A DNA stretch of 61,954 bases, filler included, from Ferroacidibacillus organovorans (GTDB taxonomy: Bacteria > Bacillota > Bacilli > Alicyclobacillales > SLC66), in the NCBI RefSeq assembly GCF_001642725.1. It is 7 parts of 7 records of this genome, joined end to end, with 100 filler letters (N's around TTAATTAATTAA, not from the genome) between each part and the next. Parts side by side here need not be neighbours in the genome. Positions count along the whole stretch, not along the records: positions 49,631 to 58,606 come from NZ_LSUQ01000081.1; positions 58,707 to 61,954 come from NZ_LSUQ01000098.1; 5 more parts are not named here. One strand, 5' to 3'. Shown here in pieces: positions 51,018 through 60,447 of this stretch. Positions within the stretch are counted from its first letter, which is position 1, and every line of letters begins with the position of its first letter. The position numbers and the translations under genes are program-made. The notes beneath the pieces were generated by a model, which made no database searches, was not told where the DNA came from, and saw only the letters and a program-made list of their open reading frames with translations.

Positions 51018-52133
51018 TTACGAGATGAGCGCATTGCGCACATTCACCGTGACACCTTTAGGCAGATGAATCACGCCTTTGATGGCTTGACCAGAGAGCC
51101 GCAAAAACCCGAGCCCAGGGATCGCGAGATCGACCGGTCGGCCCTCTGTAAACGAAACATTTTTAGGCACGAGCGTGCGTAATCCTTCATCGCACAAAGC
51201 GCACGGTGGCGTGAGCAACCCACCGAGATGACGCTCATAGAGACTGTCCGCCTGTTGCAATTTCGTGCGATGGACGCGCAGTTGATTGGCGACGTAGACC
51301 ACGACACTCTGCGGTGGCCCCTCGACAAAATCGAAGCGCGCAAGGCCACCCAAAAAGAGGGTCTGCCCCTTTTGCAACTGATAGACGCGGGGGCGCAACC
51401 GCTCTGTCGGCATAATCTGCTTGAGCGACGCCTTGCACACGCGATCCTGGATGCGATGTTTCCCCATGAGTCCAGGTGTGTCAACAATGGTGAACCCCTG
51501 ATCCCCGAGCTTTATAGCCATCGAGCCGAGAGTGGTTCCTGGAAAGGCGCTCGTAGTAAAGCGCGTCTGTTCAGGATCTAAGCGTGACAGCAGCGCATTT
51601 AACAAACTCGATTTACCGACGTTTGCCATTCCCATCACCACAATCTGTTTCTTGCGCGCGCGCGCTTCCAGCCGCTCCATGAGTTCATCCATGTGGTAAC
51701 CCGATTTTGCACTGACCAAAACAGCGTCACTCGCTGGAATCTCCGCACGCCTGGCCTCTCTCAAGAGCCACGATTTCACATACTCATCTGCCGTCTGTTT
51801 CGGAAACAAATCAAACTTGTTGGCGACGATCATCACGTCATGCTGACGAAGCACCCCGGTAAGCCCTGGTACGACACTCCCGCTCACATCAAACAGATCC
51901 ATCACATAGAGCACGAATGACGGACGGGCGAGCGCCCTCATGACCACTTGGCGGTAGGTCTCCTCTGGAATCGCCATCGGTTGAAACTGGCCATAGTGAA
52001 TCAGCCGATAACAGCGCTGACAAACCGGCTGTTCCCGCATAAACGCCTCATTCGTGATGTAGCCAGGAGCATCCTCTGTATCCATTTGAAGCGGCGCACC
52101 GCAGCCTGTACAAATCAGGCTCATACTACTCAT
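51018..52133 (-). CDS. yqeH: Ribosome biogenesis GTPase YqeH
   Basis: CTGCG...CQRC zinc site, NKFD, GMANVGKSS, PGTT and DTPG. Confidence 0.95.
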   Translation of the reverse strand: MSSMSLICTGCGAPLQMDTEDAPGYITNEAFMREQPVCQRCYRLIHYGQFQPMAIPEETYRQVVMRALARPSFVLYVMDLFDVSGSVVPGLTGVLRQHDVMIVANKFDLFPKQTADEYVKSWLLREARRAEIPASDAVLVSAKSGYHMDELMERLEARARKKQIVVMGMANVGKSSLLNALLSRLDPEQTRFTTSAFPGTTLGSMAIKLGDQGFTIVDTPGLMGKHRIQDRVCKASLKQIMPTERLRPRVYQLQKGQTLFLGGLARFDFVEGPPQSVVVYVANQLRVHRTKLQQADSLYERHLGGLLTPPCALCDEGLRTLVPKNVSFTEGRPVDLAIPGLGFLRLSGQAIKGVIHLPKGVTVNVRNALIS

Positions 52134-52686
52134 CCCGCAACACATCTTCCCTTCCCGAATCGTCCCACGTGTACTCTTGTTGCCTCGCCGGTTCTGGCAA
52201 CCTGGCCAATACGAAGCGCTCTGCGATTCGATTGACCTTTGTGCCGAACCATTCTTTCGGGTGAATGGGCTGCACCAGAATCGTATAGAGCCCCGCCCGA
52301 TTTCCCCCTAACACATCCGTAAACAGTTGATCGCCAATCATCGCAGTCTCGCCGGCAGAAACGTTCAGTTGCGCCAAGGCCTTGTGAAAATTCACCGTGC
52401 GCGGCTTGCGTGCTGGCGCAATGCAGGGAATCCCAAGCGGTTGCGCAAACGCCCGCACACGCGCCGTTTCATTGTTTGAGAGGATCATCACACGAAACCC
52501 TAAATCCTTGACATGCGAAAGCCAGGCTACCAGTTTTGGGGTAGCCTGGGGCGAATTCCACGCGACGAGCGTGTTGTCTAGATCTGTAAGGATTCCGCGA
52601 ATGCCGCGATTCGCGAGCGCTTTTACGTCGATGTGGTATATGGATGTCACATACTCGTTCGGTTTTAAAGAAGACAGCAGACGCAC
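52126..52686 (-). CDS. yqeG: YqeG HAD IIIA phosphatase
   Basis: DLDNTL, SNN, ARKP and IGDQLFTD. Confidence 0.94.
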   Translation of the reverse strand: MRLLSSLKPNEYVTSIYHIDVKALANRGIRGILTDLDNTLVAWNSPQATPKLVAWLSHVKDLGFRVMILSNNETARVRAFAQPLGIPCIAPARKPRTVNFHKALAQLNVSAGETAMIGDQLFTDVLGGNRAGLYTILVQPIHPKEWFGTKVNRIAERFVLARLPEPARQQEYTWDDSGREDVLRDE

Positions 52687-52803
52687 CCCACCTGAACTCC
52701 GTTACGCTCTACTGTAACACAAGCGGGAAAGACTTCGCAAAAAACGCAATCCCTCCCACGCCAACCCGGCGATTCATAAAAGGATTTGACCCACGCGCGC
52801 GCT

Positions 52804-53499
52804 TCAACGAGCGTTTTCACGAAACTGTTCCTGCAACTTTTCAATCGCCCGCTTTTCAATCCGCGAAACATACGAGCGTGAGATCCCCATCGCTTTTGCA
52901 ATCTCGCGCTGCGTCTTTTCCTCGCCATATGGAAGACCAAACCGCGCCCAAATGATCTCGCGTTCGCGCGGTTCAAGCACTTTAAGACCCGTGTAGATTG
53001 ATTCGCGGTCGATGCGAAATGCGACGTCTTCAATCACCTCGTCGGCGTCTGATCCGAGAATGTCAATCAGCGAGACCTCATTGCCTTCTTTGTCCTGTCC
53101 AATCGGCTCTTGCAGGCTCATGTCGCGCCTTCTTTTTTTGCGGCTGCGCAGATGCATGAGAATCTCATTTTCAATGCACCGCGCTGCATAGGTGGCAAGG
53201 CGGACACCGCGCTCGACGCGAAACGATTCGATGCCCTTGATCAGTCCGATTGTGCCGATAGAGACGAGGTCATCCGTATCGGTCACCCCGTTGTCATACT
53301 TCTTGACAACATGTGCCACGAGCCGCAAATTGTGTTCAATCAGCGTGTTGCGCGCGTCTTTGTCTCCAGACGCGAAGCGCAACAGCGCCTCATGCTCCTC
53401 GCGCTTAGCGAGCGGCTGTGGAAACGTCTGATTTTTGACGTATGAAACCAGCACCGTAAATTCCCGCACCAAAAGGGATAAGGACAAAAGCAGACTCAC
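52804..53499 (-). CDS. sigK: Sporulation sigma factor pro-SigK, uninterrupted
   Basis: Hydrophobic pro-sequence then SYVKNQTFPQPL; HNLRLVAH, ATYAARCIENEILMHLR and TQREIAKAMGISRSYVSRIEK. Confidence 0.93.
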   Translation of the reverse strand: MSLLLSLSLLVREFTVLVSYVKNQTFPQPLAKREEHEALLRFASGDKDARNTLIEHNLRLVAHVVKKYDNGVTDTDDLVSIGTIGLIKGIESFRVERGVRLATYAARCIENEILMHLRSRKKRRRDMSLQEPIGQDKEGNEVSLIDILGSDADEVIEDVAFRIDRESIYTGLKVLEPREREIIWARFGLPYGEEKTQREIAKAMGISRSYVSRIEKRAIEKLQEQFRENAR

Positions 53500-53570
53500 C
53501 TGATGCACCTCCCTGCGCGCAAGCCATTCTATGCGAATGGGACATCTCGCATGTGTGGCCAGCGCTCAGG

Positions 53571-54662
53571 TTATCCGTGGCGCGCTGCGTTTTGCTGGCT
53601 TTTCACTTCATTGCGCAATTGCTGTGCGTACGTCGTCGAAAAGTAGTGACCGCCGCTTCCGTCATTTCTCGCGACATAAAAGTAGTAGTCCGTCTTCGCC
53701 GGGTGAAGCGCCGCTTGGATTGAGGCGAGTCCCGGATTGGCGATCGGTCCGGGCGGAAGTCCACCATACACATAGGTGTTATACGGATTGTTGATATAGA
53801 GGTCATTGTTGAGGCTTCCATGCCCATTTAACGCATAGAGAACCGTCGCATCAATCTGCAGTTTCATCGGCGGATGCAGATGGAGGCGATTATAGATCAC
53901 ACTCGCGACGAGCGGTCGCTCAACCTTAAGCTTTGCCTCCCGCTCAATCATCGAGGCAACAGTCATCACCTCTTGCACGGTCAGCCCCTCGCGCGCAATC
54001 TCACGCAGACGATACGGATCAAGCACCTGCTGCGTCATTTGCAGCATCGTTTGAATCACTGTGCGTGGAGATTCGCCACGCACGAAATCATACGTATTTG
54101 GAAACAAGAAACCTTCAAGCGGGTCGCGCACCGAAGATCTCCGATACGATGTCGCCAAAAATGCGTACGAGAAATGATCCGCTTTTACTGCGTGCATAAA
54201 CGAGCGCGAACTGCACACGCCTGAACGCTGCAGTGTCGCCGCCATCTGCGTGACCGTATACCCTTCCGGAAACGTCACAGTAACGGTGTTATAGGCAACC
54301 GACCCGCGCGTCAGTTCGTTCACCACAGAAGGAACATTTTGTTTCGGCGAAAACGGATAGCGACCCGCTTGCAGTCGATCTGCTTGCCCCGAAAGAGAGA
54401 GATAAACACGAAACCAAAACGGGCTGCGTATCACCCTACTCCGATAAAGAAGGTCAGCAATTTGAGTCGATGTCGCTCCCGCCGGGATGTTGATCCAGGT
54501 CGTTTTTGCGACATTGCCCGGGAGATAAATCGCCTGGTAAGAAGAAATACCTCCCCAAAAAAGTGCGAAGGCGACCAGGAGCGACAGGCCCCCGCGCCTT
54601 CTCATTCGTGGCTTCATTCGCTTCGCTGCTTCCTTTCTCCTGCTTAACTTAGATCGTCCCAC
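53571..54662 (-). CDS. mltG: Endolytic transglycosylase MltG
   Basis: TFPEG, LEGFLFPNTY, ASMIERE, LQIDATV and GLPPGPIANPG. Confidence 0.94.
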   Translation of the reverse strand: MGRSKLSRRKEAAKRMKPRMRRRGGLSLLVAFALFWGGISSYQAIYLPGNVAKTTWINIPAGATSTQIADLLYRSRVIRSPFWFRVYLSLSGQADRLQAGRYPFSPKQNVPSVVNELTRGSVAYNTVTVTFPEGYTVTQMAATLQRSGVCSSRSFMHAVKADHFSYAFLATSYRRSSVRDPLEGFLFPNTYDFVRGESPRTVIQTMLQMTQQVLDPYRLREIAREGLTVQEVMTVASMIEREAKLKVERPLVASVIYNRLHLHPPMKLQIDATVLYALNGHGSLNNDLYINNPYNTYVYGGLPPGPIANPGLASIQAALHPAKTDYYFYVARNDGSGGHYFSTTYAQQLRNEVKSQQNAARHG

Positions 54663-54919
54663 TCCACCATGAGTGTGTCAAACGCTTCTGCGACGCGCTC
54701 CCACTCCTCGTCATCTTCAATACCGCAAAGCGACGCGTCATCATCCTCGACGCTGCCTTCCACGCGCAGGATGAGCGGTTCCTCTTCCGGCTCAAGAAGC
54801 GACATTAACAGCACATAGTGCCGGTCTTCCATTTCAAGAACGCGAAGCACCTCATAGTCTTCATCGCGTCCCTCGTCGTCGGTCAGCGTCACATGACCCT
54901 GAAGCAACAAATCCATCAC
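54644..54919 (-). CDS. DUF1292 family acidic protein (YrzB-like)
   Basis: VTLTDDEG...YVLL...IEDDEEWERV; follows ruvX. Confidence 0.85.
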   Translation of the reverse strand: MMDLLLQGHVTLTDDEGRDEDYEVLRVLEMEDRHYVLLMSLLEPEEEPLILRVEGSVEDDDASLCGIEDDEEWERVAEAFDTLMVEWDDLS

Positions 54920-55338
54920 GGCGCATCCCTCCTCACACGGTCTAAATACGTTTGCAATATGAGCGTCGCCGCCACTTTATCGATCACTCCGCGGCGATTT
55001 TCGCGGCGCACATTTCCCTCGATCAAAAGCCGCTGCGCAGAAACGGTCGACAAGCGCTCGTCCATCCATTCCATTGGCACAGCAATCACTTCTTGCAGCC
55101 TATCCCTAAACGCCTGTGTCTTTTCTGCACGTGCACCGATCGTACCATTCATGTTGCGCGGAAATCCAAGTACCATTCGTTCCACATCGTGTAGCGCGAC
55201 CAATTCCGCAATTCGTGCGATTGGGTCTTTCACCCGCCGACAATCGATCACCTCAAGCGATTGCGCCGTTACCTGGAGAGCATCGCTCATTGCAATGCCG
55301 ATCCGGACGTCACCATAATCAATTCCCATCACCCTCAC
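54916..55338 (-). CDS. ruvX: RuvX/YqgF pre-16S rRNA maturation nuclease
   Basis: [21 protein letters not shown] and [11 protein letters not shown]. Confidence 0.95.
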   Translation of the reverse strand: MRVMGIDYGDVRIGIAMSDALQVTAQSLEVIDCRRVKDPIARIAELVALHDVERMVLGFPRNMNGTIGARAEKTQAFRDRLQEVIAVPMEWMDERLSTVSAQRLLIEGNVRRENRRGVIDKVAATLILQTYLDRVRRDAP

Positions 55339-55595
55339 GGCAAGCGCGCCGCGAGATACGCGCGCACGAGTTCTTCAATCAACTCATCGCGCTCCAGTCG
55401 GCGAATCGTGTCACGCGCGTCTTTATGGCTCGTGATGTAAGCTGGATCGCCCGAGATGAGGTATCCGGCCATCTGGTGAATCGGGTTATAACCTTTCTCA
55501 CTGAGCGCCTCATAGGCGAGAAGCAAAGCGCGTTCGGCGCGACTCGGTTCATCAGGCCGAAGTCGAAACTGCATCGTTTCTTCAAAAGACGACAT
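55335..55595 (-). CDS. ireB: IreB/ReoM (DUF965) regulatory phosphoprotein
   Basis: [26 protein letters not shown] and [10 protein letters not shown]. Confidence 0.92.
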   Translation of the reverse strand: MSSFEETMQFRLRPDEPSRAERALLLAYEALSEKGYNPIHQMAGYLISGDPAYITSHKDARDTIRRLERDELIEELVRAYLAARLP

Positions 55596-55671
55596 GAACA
55601 CGTAACACCCCTCTCTCGCGATTCGTGTCCTCAAAAAACTATATTCGCGGACCGTTCGCCAAAATCCTCTT

Positions 55672-58299
55672 TCACAGAGCGTCTGACAAGAGTTGTGCGA
55701 GCAGTGTCTCTGCGTGTTCGAGCGCCTGGGTCAACTTTTCCGGGTTCCCTCCACCCGCCTGAGCAAGATCTGCTTTACCGCCGCCCGCTCCTAAAGCCCG
55801 ATTTGCGATCTCTTTGACGAGCTTTCCAGCGTGCGCGCCGCGCACCTGGAGCGAAGGAGGTACAGCCACGACAAATGCTGCTTTCCCATCTTTCGTAGAA
55901 CCAAGAACGATCAAGAGATCCGCGTGCTTTTGGCGCAAATAATCTGCCATCGCGCGCAAACCCTCGACATCTTGCTCACGCGCCGACGCCACGAGCGCAC
56001 TTCCGTGTGCGTACTGTGTAATGCGCTCATCAAGCTGCCCCGCCTCCGCGCGATGCAAGCGATTCATGAGCGTTTCTACCTCTTTTTCAAGCGCTCTCAC
56101 CTGATCGGTCACCGTCTCCACGCGCTTTGGCAAGAGTGCGGGCGTCGATTTGAGCTGGTCTGCCACGCGGAAGAGCAGCCGCTCTTCTGCTTTGACAAAC
56201 TCGTATGCAAACGCGCCTGTGACAGCCTCGACACGACGAACGCCAGAACCAATTCCGCCCTCGCTGATCAAACGGAAGAGGTTGATCTGACCGTTATGCG
56301 AAACGTGACAGCCGCCGCACAATTCGATCGAGCGCGATCCGGCGCGCACGACGCGTACGCGTTCACCATACTTCTCACCAAACAGCGCCATGGCGCCAAG
56401 CGCTTTCGCGTCTGCCTGCGCCATTTCTTCAATTGTGACCGGTTCATCGTCCCAGATCGCCTGATTGACAAGCAGTTCAATGCGCTCTAGATCTTCTCGC
56501 GAAATCGCTCCCGTGTGCGAAAAATCAAAGCGCAGCCGATCCGGTTGAACGAGCGAACCCGCCTGTGCGACGTGATCTCCGAGCACTTCACGCAGCGCGT
56601 GATGTAGCAGATGCGTAGCCGTATGATTTTTCGTAATCGCAGAGCGGCGCAGCGAGTCTACCTCGGCGACCACGCGCTCTGCCGTGCGCACCGATCCCAT
56701 CACCACCTCACAGAGGTGGACATGCTGACCGTTCGGCGCTTTCTTTACATCTTCGACGCGCAGTTCAAAATCGCGCCCGCGAATGACGCCAACGTCCGCC
56801 ACTTGACCGCCGCTCTCCGCATAGAAAGGGGTTTGATCCAACACAACTAAGACGCGTTCGAGCGCACCCGCGTGCTCTACGGCCTCGCCGTTCAAAAAGA
56901 GCGCAACGATATGCGCATCCGACTTTAGCTTGTCGTAACCCACAAAGACGCTTGGCACAAGCAGATCCGCTAACTCTCCCGTTTGCACCTGCATGCTGTC
57001 TACCTGTTGCCGCGCGCTGCGCGCGCGTTGCCGCTGCGCTTCAAGCGCTTCTACAAATCCTTCGCGATCGATTTCCATGCCGCTCTCTTGCGCAATCTCT
57101 TCCGTCAAATCGATTGGAAAACCAAACGTGTCGTAGAGACGAAACGCTTCAGCGCCTGGCAGCACGGTCGACCCCATTTCGCGCAGCCGCGCGAGTGACT
57201 TTGCGAGCAGCGCCTCGCCGTCCGCAAGTGTCTCGTGAAACCGCTCTTCTTCAAGCTGCATGAGCTTCGCAGTATGTTTCGCGCGCGCCGTGATCTCTGG
57301 ATACGCGTCACTCATCATTTCAGCGACGACAGGAACCAAGGAGTGTAAAAAGGGTTCGCCGAATCCGAGTTGTTTGCCGTAGCGCACCGCGCGCCGCAAC
57401 AAGCGGCGAATCACGTAACCGCGCCCTTCATTCGACGGCGCGACACCGTCTGTGATCGAAAAAACCACCGCGCGCGCATGGTCAGCGATCACCTTGAGCG
57501 CTACGTCGACCGCCGCCTTCTCACCGTAGTGCACGTCCAACTTCTTTGCAGCCGCTTCAATAATCGGCATAAAAAGGTCTGTCTCGTAATTCGAAGGTTT
57601 ATCTTGAAGGACAGACGCCGTTCGCTCTAGCCCCATCCCCGTGTCAATGTTCTTTTTGGGAAGCGGCGTATACGATCCGTCAGCGTTGTGATTATACTGG
57701 CTGAAAACGAGATTCCAGATTTCCAAGTGACGGTCACAGTCGCAACTCGCGTCACACGCGTCGCGACCACAGCCAACATCCGACCCGCGATCATAAAAAA
57801 TTTCCGAATTTGGTCCACACGGCCCTTCGCCGATATCCCAGAAATTCTCCTCTAGACGAAGGATTTTTTCTTCCGGAAAACCGATCTCGCGATGCCAGAT
57901 CAAAAACGCTTCGTCATCCTCCGGATGAACGGTAATCGAGAGACGCGACACGTCCATTTTTAATCGATCTGTCAAAAACTCGTACGCGTAGTGAATCGCC
58001 TCGCGCTTAAAGTAATCGCCGATCGAAAAATTGCCGAGCATCTCAAAAAACGTGTGGTGGCGAGCCGTTTTTCCTACGTTTTCAATGTCATTTGTGCGAA
58101 TGCATTTTTGGCTGTTCGTAAGACGCGGATTGGTGGGAACAACGCGTCCGTCAAAGTATTTTTTCAGTGGCGCCATGCCGCTGTTGATCCAGAGAAGCGT
58201 TGGGTCATCATGGGGTACAAGGCTTGCGCTCGGCACAATCTCATGCCCCTTCTCCCGAAAAAACTCCGTATAAAGACGACGAATTTCTCTACCCTGCAT
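55672..58299 (-). CDS. alaS: Alanine--tRNA ligase
   Basis: [31 protein letters not shown] and ELCGGCH. Confidence 0.99.
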   Translation of the reverse strand: MQGREIRRLYTEFFREKGHEIVPSASLVPHDDPTLLWINSGMAPLKKYFDGRVVPTNPRLTNSQKCIRTNDIENVGKTARHHTFFEMLGNFSIGDYFKREAIHYAYEFLTDRLKMDVSRLSITVHPEDDEAFLIWHREIGFPEEKILRLEENFWDIGEGPCGPNSEIFYDRGSDVGCGRDACDASCDCDRHLEIWNLVFSQYNHNADGSYTPLPKKNIDTGMGLERTASVLQDKPSNYETDLFMPIIEAAAKKLDVHYGEKAAVDVALKVIADHARAVVFSITDGVAPSNEGRGYVIRRLLRRAVRYGKQLGFGEPFLHSLVPVVAEMMSDAYPEITARAKHTAKLMQLEEERFHETLADGEALLAKSLARLREMGSTVLPGAEAFRLYDTFGFPIDLTEEIAQESGMEIDREGFVEALEAQRQRARSARQQVDSMQVQTGELADLLVPSVFVGYDKLKSDAHIVALFLNGEAVEHAGALERVLVVLDQTPFYAESGGQVADVGVIRGRDFELRVEDVKKAPNGQHVHLCEVVMGSVRTAERVVAEVDSLRRSAITKNHTATHLLHHALREVLGDHVAQAGSLVQPDRLRFDFSHTGAISREDLERIELLVNQAIWDDEPVTIEEMAQADAKALGAMALFGEKYGERVRVVRAGSRSIELCGGCHVSHNGQINLFRLISEGGIGSGVRRVEAVTGAFAYEFVKAEERLLFRVADQLKSTPALLPKRVETVTDQVRALEKEVETLMNRLHRAEAGQLDERITQYAHGSALVASAREQDVEGLRAMADYLRQKHADLLIVLGSTKDGKAAFVVAVPPSLQVRGAHAGKLVKEIANRALGAGGGKADLAQAGGGNPEKLTQALEHAETLLAQLLSDAL

Positions 58300-58319
58300 G
58301 CCAAATTCCTCCTGAACGT

Positions 58320-58535
58320 AAAATAAGCCCACATCCCCAAGGGACGTGAGACTCACGCGGTACCACCCTCGTTATGCGGCAGGCGACCCGCATCACTTTG
58401 ACCGCGCTAGCGGGCGGAACCCGTCTCCTATACTGACGCGCGAACGAGCTTCCCAATGCCCTCGCACATTTCCGCTTTCAGCCAAGGCGGAAACTCTCTG
58501 GATGCAGGCTTCTTGGTACTTCTGTCCGGATATGG
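58320..58535 (-). ncRNA. T-box riboswitch (Ala, specifier GCU) with terminator
   Basis: Minus strand: AGTA, AGAGAG bulge, GCTGAAA distal loop, GAA-GCT specifier, T-box AACGAGGGTGGTACCGCG, terminator CTCACGTCCC-TTG-GGGATGTGGG-CTTATTTT. Confidence 0.93.
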
Positions 58536-58571
58536 AGCGATATGAAAGCCCCCGCACATGCGAGGGCATTG

Positions 58572-58606
58572 TCTGGCAACGTCCTACTCTCCCAGGACCC
58601 TGCGGT
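58572..58606 (-). rRNA. rrf: 5S rRNA, 3' terminal fragment
   Basis: Minus strand ...GGGAGAGTAGGACGTTGCCAG is the conserved 5S 3' end; sits at a contig end, where assemblies typically break on rRNA repeats. Confidence 0.85.
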
Positions 58607-58706
58607 NNNNNNNNNNNNNNNNNNNNNNNNNNNNNNNNNNNNNNNNNNNNTTAATTAATTAANNNNNNNNNNNNNNNNNNNNNNNNNNNNNNNNNNNNNN
58701 NNNNNN
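58607..58706. other. Artificial contig linker
   Basis: N-run + TTAATTAATTAA + N-run. Confidence 0.99.
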
Positions 58707-58817
58707 GAGTAGCGTGGGCAGCGTAATAACACCACTGCCGCCCACGATCGAGTCAAAAAATCCTGCGACAAGGCCACTGCCGACCAATGCCGCGATTAAA
58801 AGAACACTGACGTGCAA
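58707..58817 (-). CDS. TSUP (TauE/SafE, YfcA-like) transporter, N-terminal fragment
   Basis: Manual translation from TTG 58817 (RBS AAGGGAG): MHVSVLLIAALVGSGLVAGFFDSIVGGSGVITLPTLL. Confidence 0.8.
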
Positions 58818-58917
58818 TCCATCGACTCCCTTACGGGTGTTCTATCTCGAAATAACGGCGCAGCCGATTATTTTTCCCGCAGACGGTGGCGCGAGAGCGC
58901 CATGGTACCGTCTATCT

Positions 58918-59418
58918 TCACGCTGTTGGCGAAGCATTGCTTGACTCACGATTTTTTTGAAGCAGACGCTGCTTGATCTCGTCAAGCTCCGCGAGACTCC
59001 CCTCAACCTTTTGTCGCTGTTCCTCAAGGGTTACGAGATTTTCGCGCAGGGTCGCCGCGCTCTTGTCGATCTCGTCGAGAAGATGGGACATTTCATCGGA
59101 GGAGACTGCCTCATCCCCTGCCAGAACTTTATACAAGCGCAGTCCGGAGAGCGCGGCACTCGTCACCATGTTGTTTGCGGCAAACGCGATGCCTGGCGCC
59201 GCTGCCCGCACACCTGCAGAACTGACCGTCGCCAACCAGTTCATCGCGCGACCAGCGGGCGTTCCGCGGCGGCGCAAAAAGGATTGCAAATCTTCATCCT
59301 TGATCAGATACTTGCCGCCTTGATCAACCGCCGGCAATAGTCCTGTGCGGATCCAGCGCCGCACCGTCTCTTCAGAAACGCCCAAACGGTATGCAACTTC
59401 GTACGTCGTGAATTCCAT
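58918..59418 (-). CDS. Excisionase/MerR-like HTH (HTH_17) protein with a C-terminal coiled coil
   Basis: TTYEVAYRLGVSEETVRRWIRTGLLPA; RBS AGGAGG. Confidence 0.85.
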   Translation of the reverse strand: MEFTTYEVAYRLGVSEETVRRWIRTGLLPAVDQGGKYLIKDEDLQSFLRRRGTPAGRAMNWLATVSSAGVRAAAPGIAFAANNMVTSAALSGLRLYKVLAGDEAVSSDEMSHLLDEIDKSAATLRENLVTLEEQRQKVEGSLAELDEIKQRLLQKNRESSNASPTA

Positions 59419-59447
59419 GTGTATTCCTCCTGAGTGTCATTTTCTCT

Positions 59448-59476
59448 ATCATACGACACACACACGCACATGTCAC
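59448..59476 (-). promoter_or_regulatory. Putative SigA promoter of the HTH gene
   Basis: GTGACA-N17-TATGAT; the spacer is TG-dinucleotide rich. Confidence 0.55.
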
Positions 59477-60408
59477 GACAAATGCACGAGGGCAACTGTA
59501 CCGCTCTCTTCGAGGATCAGCGGTTCACCCGCTTCGAGAACCCACGTCGGATAAGGGAGCGAACGAGGGGACGCTCCTTTGGGGTGAACATTTCCGCGAA
59601 GTGCCGTCACACACACGACACCCGGTTCGCGCGAAACGTGGAATGGGCTAACCCCGTCCACGGAGAGAAGTTCCAGAGAAAAATACGGATTTTGATCAAG
59701 CCATTCGCGTGCAATTCCCGCAGTGGCGGCATTGGCATTCCCGAAAAATGCCTCCCAGCGCGCAGAGGTCTGATCTCTTCGCAAGTCCCTGTCAGCCATT
59801 GTCGAAGCAAAGTCGATCACATCAAGCGCCTGCGCAAGGTGTAACTCCCGCTTCTTGCCAGACGGATCCACGCGATCATAGTCATAGATGCGAAACGTCG
59901 TATCCGAAGCTTGCTGCACCTCAAGCGCAACAATCCCTGCGCCGAGCGCGTGCACCGTGCCTGCCGGAAGCGGGATGTATTGTCCTGCCACAACCGTCTC
60001 ATAGCGCAGCGCATCCTGCAGACGCCCCTGTGCGACTCGCTCTTCGAGCGCCGCACGCGAGTCGACGGTCAGACCGCGGCAGATCCGAGCACCCGGCTCC
60101 GCGTGAAGAATGAGCCACCCTTCCGTTTTCCCAAGGTCAAGAAGGGCGCTCGCCTGCTCATCATTTGGATGAACCTGAACAGAGAGATCTGTTTTCGCGT
60201 GTAAAATTTTGATCAGCACAGGAAACCAACTGCGCTGCGGAAAAAGATCGTGGAGGGTATTGCCACGCTCATCCACGGTTTGTCCCGCGGGGTGATCGGA
60301 TGCGAGCCAGATTTCACCGACAGGGTGCGGCGTATCGAGATGAAACATCCGCTTGAGCAAATCCCCGCCCCAGATGCGTTCTTTATAGATGGGTTGTAAG
60401 GATCTCAC
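59473..60408 (-). CDS. manA: Class I mannose-6-phosphate isomerase
   Basis: ERIWGG, LSVQVHP, GKTEGW, GTVHA and EVQQASDTTFRIYDY. Confidence 0.93.
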   Translation of the reverse strand: MRSLQPIYKERIWGGDLLKRMFHLDTPHPVGEIWLASDHPAGQTVDERGNTLHDLFPQRSWFPVLIKILHAKTDLSVQVHPNDEQASALLDLGKTEGWLILHAEPGARICRGLTVDSRAALEERVAQGRLQDALRYETVVAGQYIPLPAGTVHALGAGIVALEVQQASDTTFRIYDYDRVDPSGKKRELHLAQALDVIDFASTMADRDLRRDQTSARWEAFFGNANAATAGIAREWLDQNPYFSLELLSVDGVSPFHVSREPGVVCVTALRGNVHPKGASPRSLPYPTWVLEAGEPLILEESGTVALVHLS

Positions 60409-60447
60409 GGCGCTTCTTCCCTCCCTATATCAAGCCATTGCAAGCGC

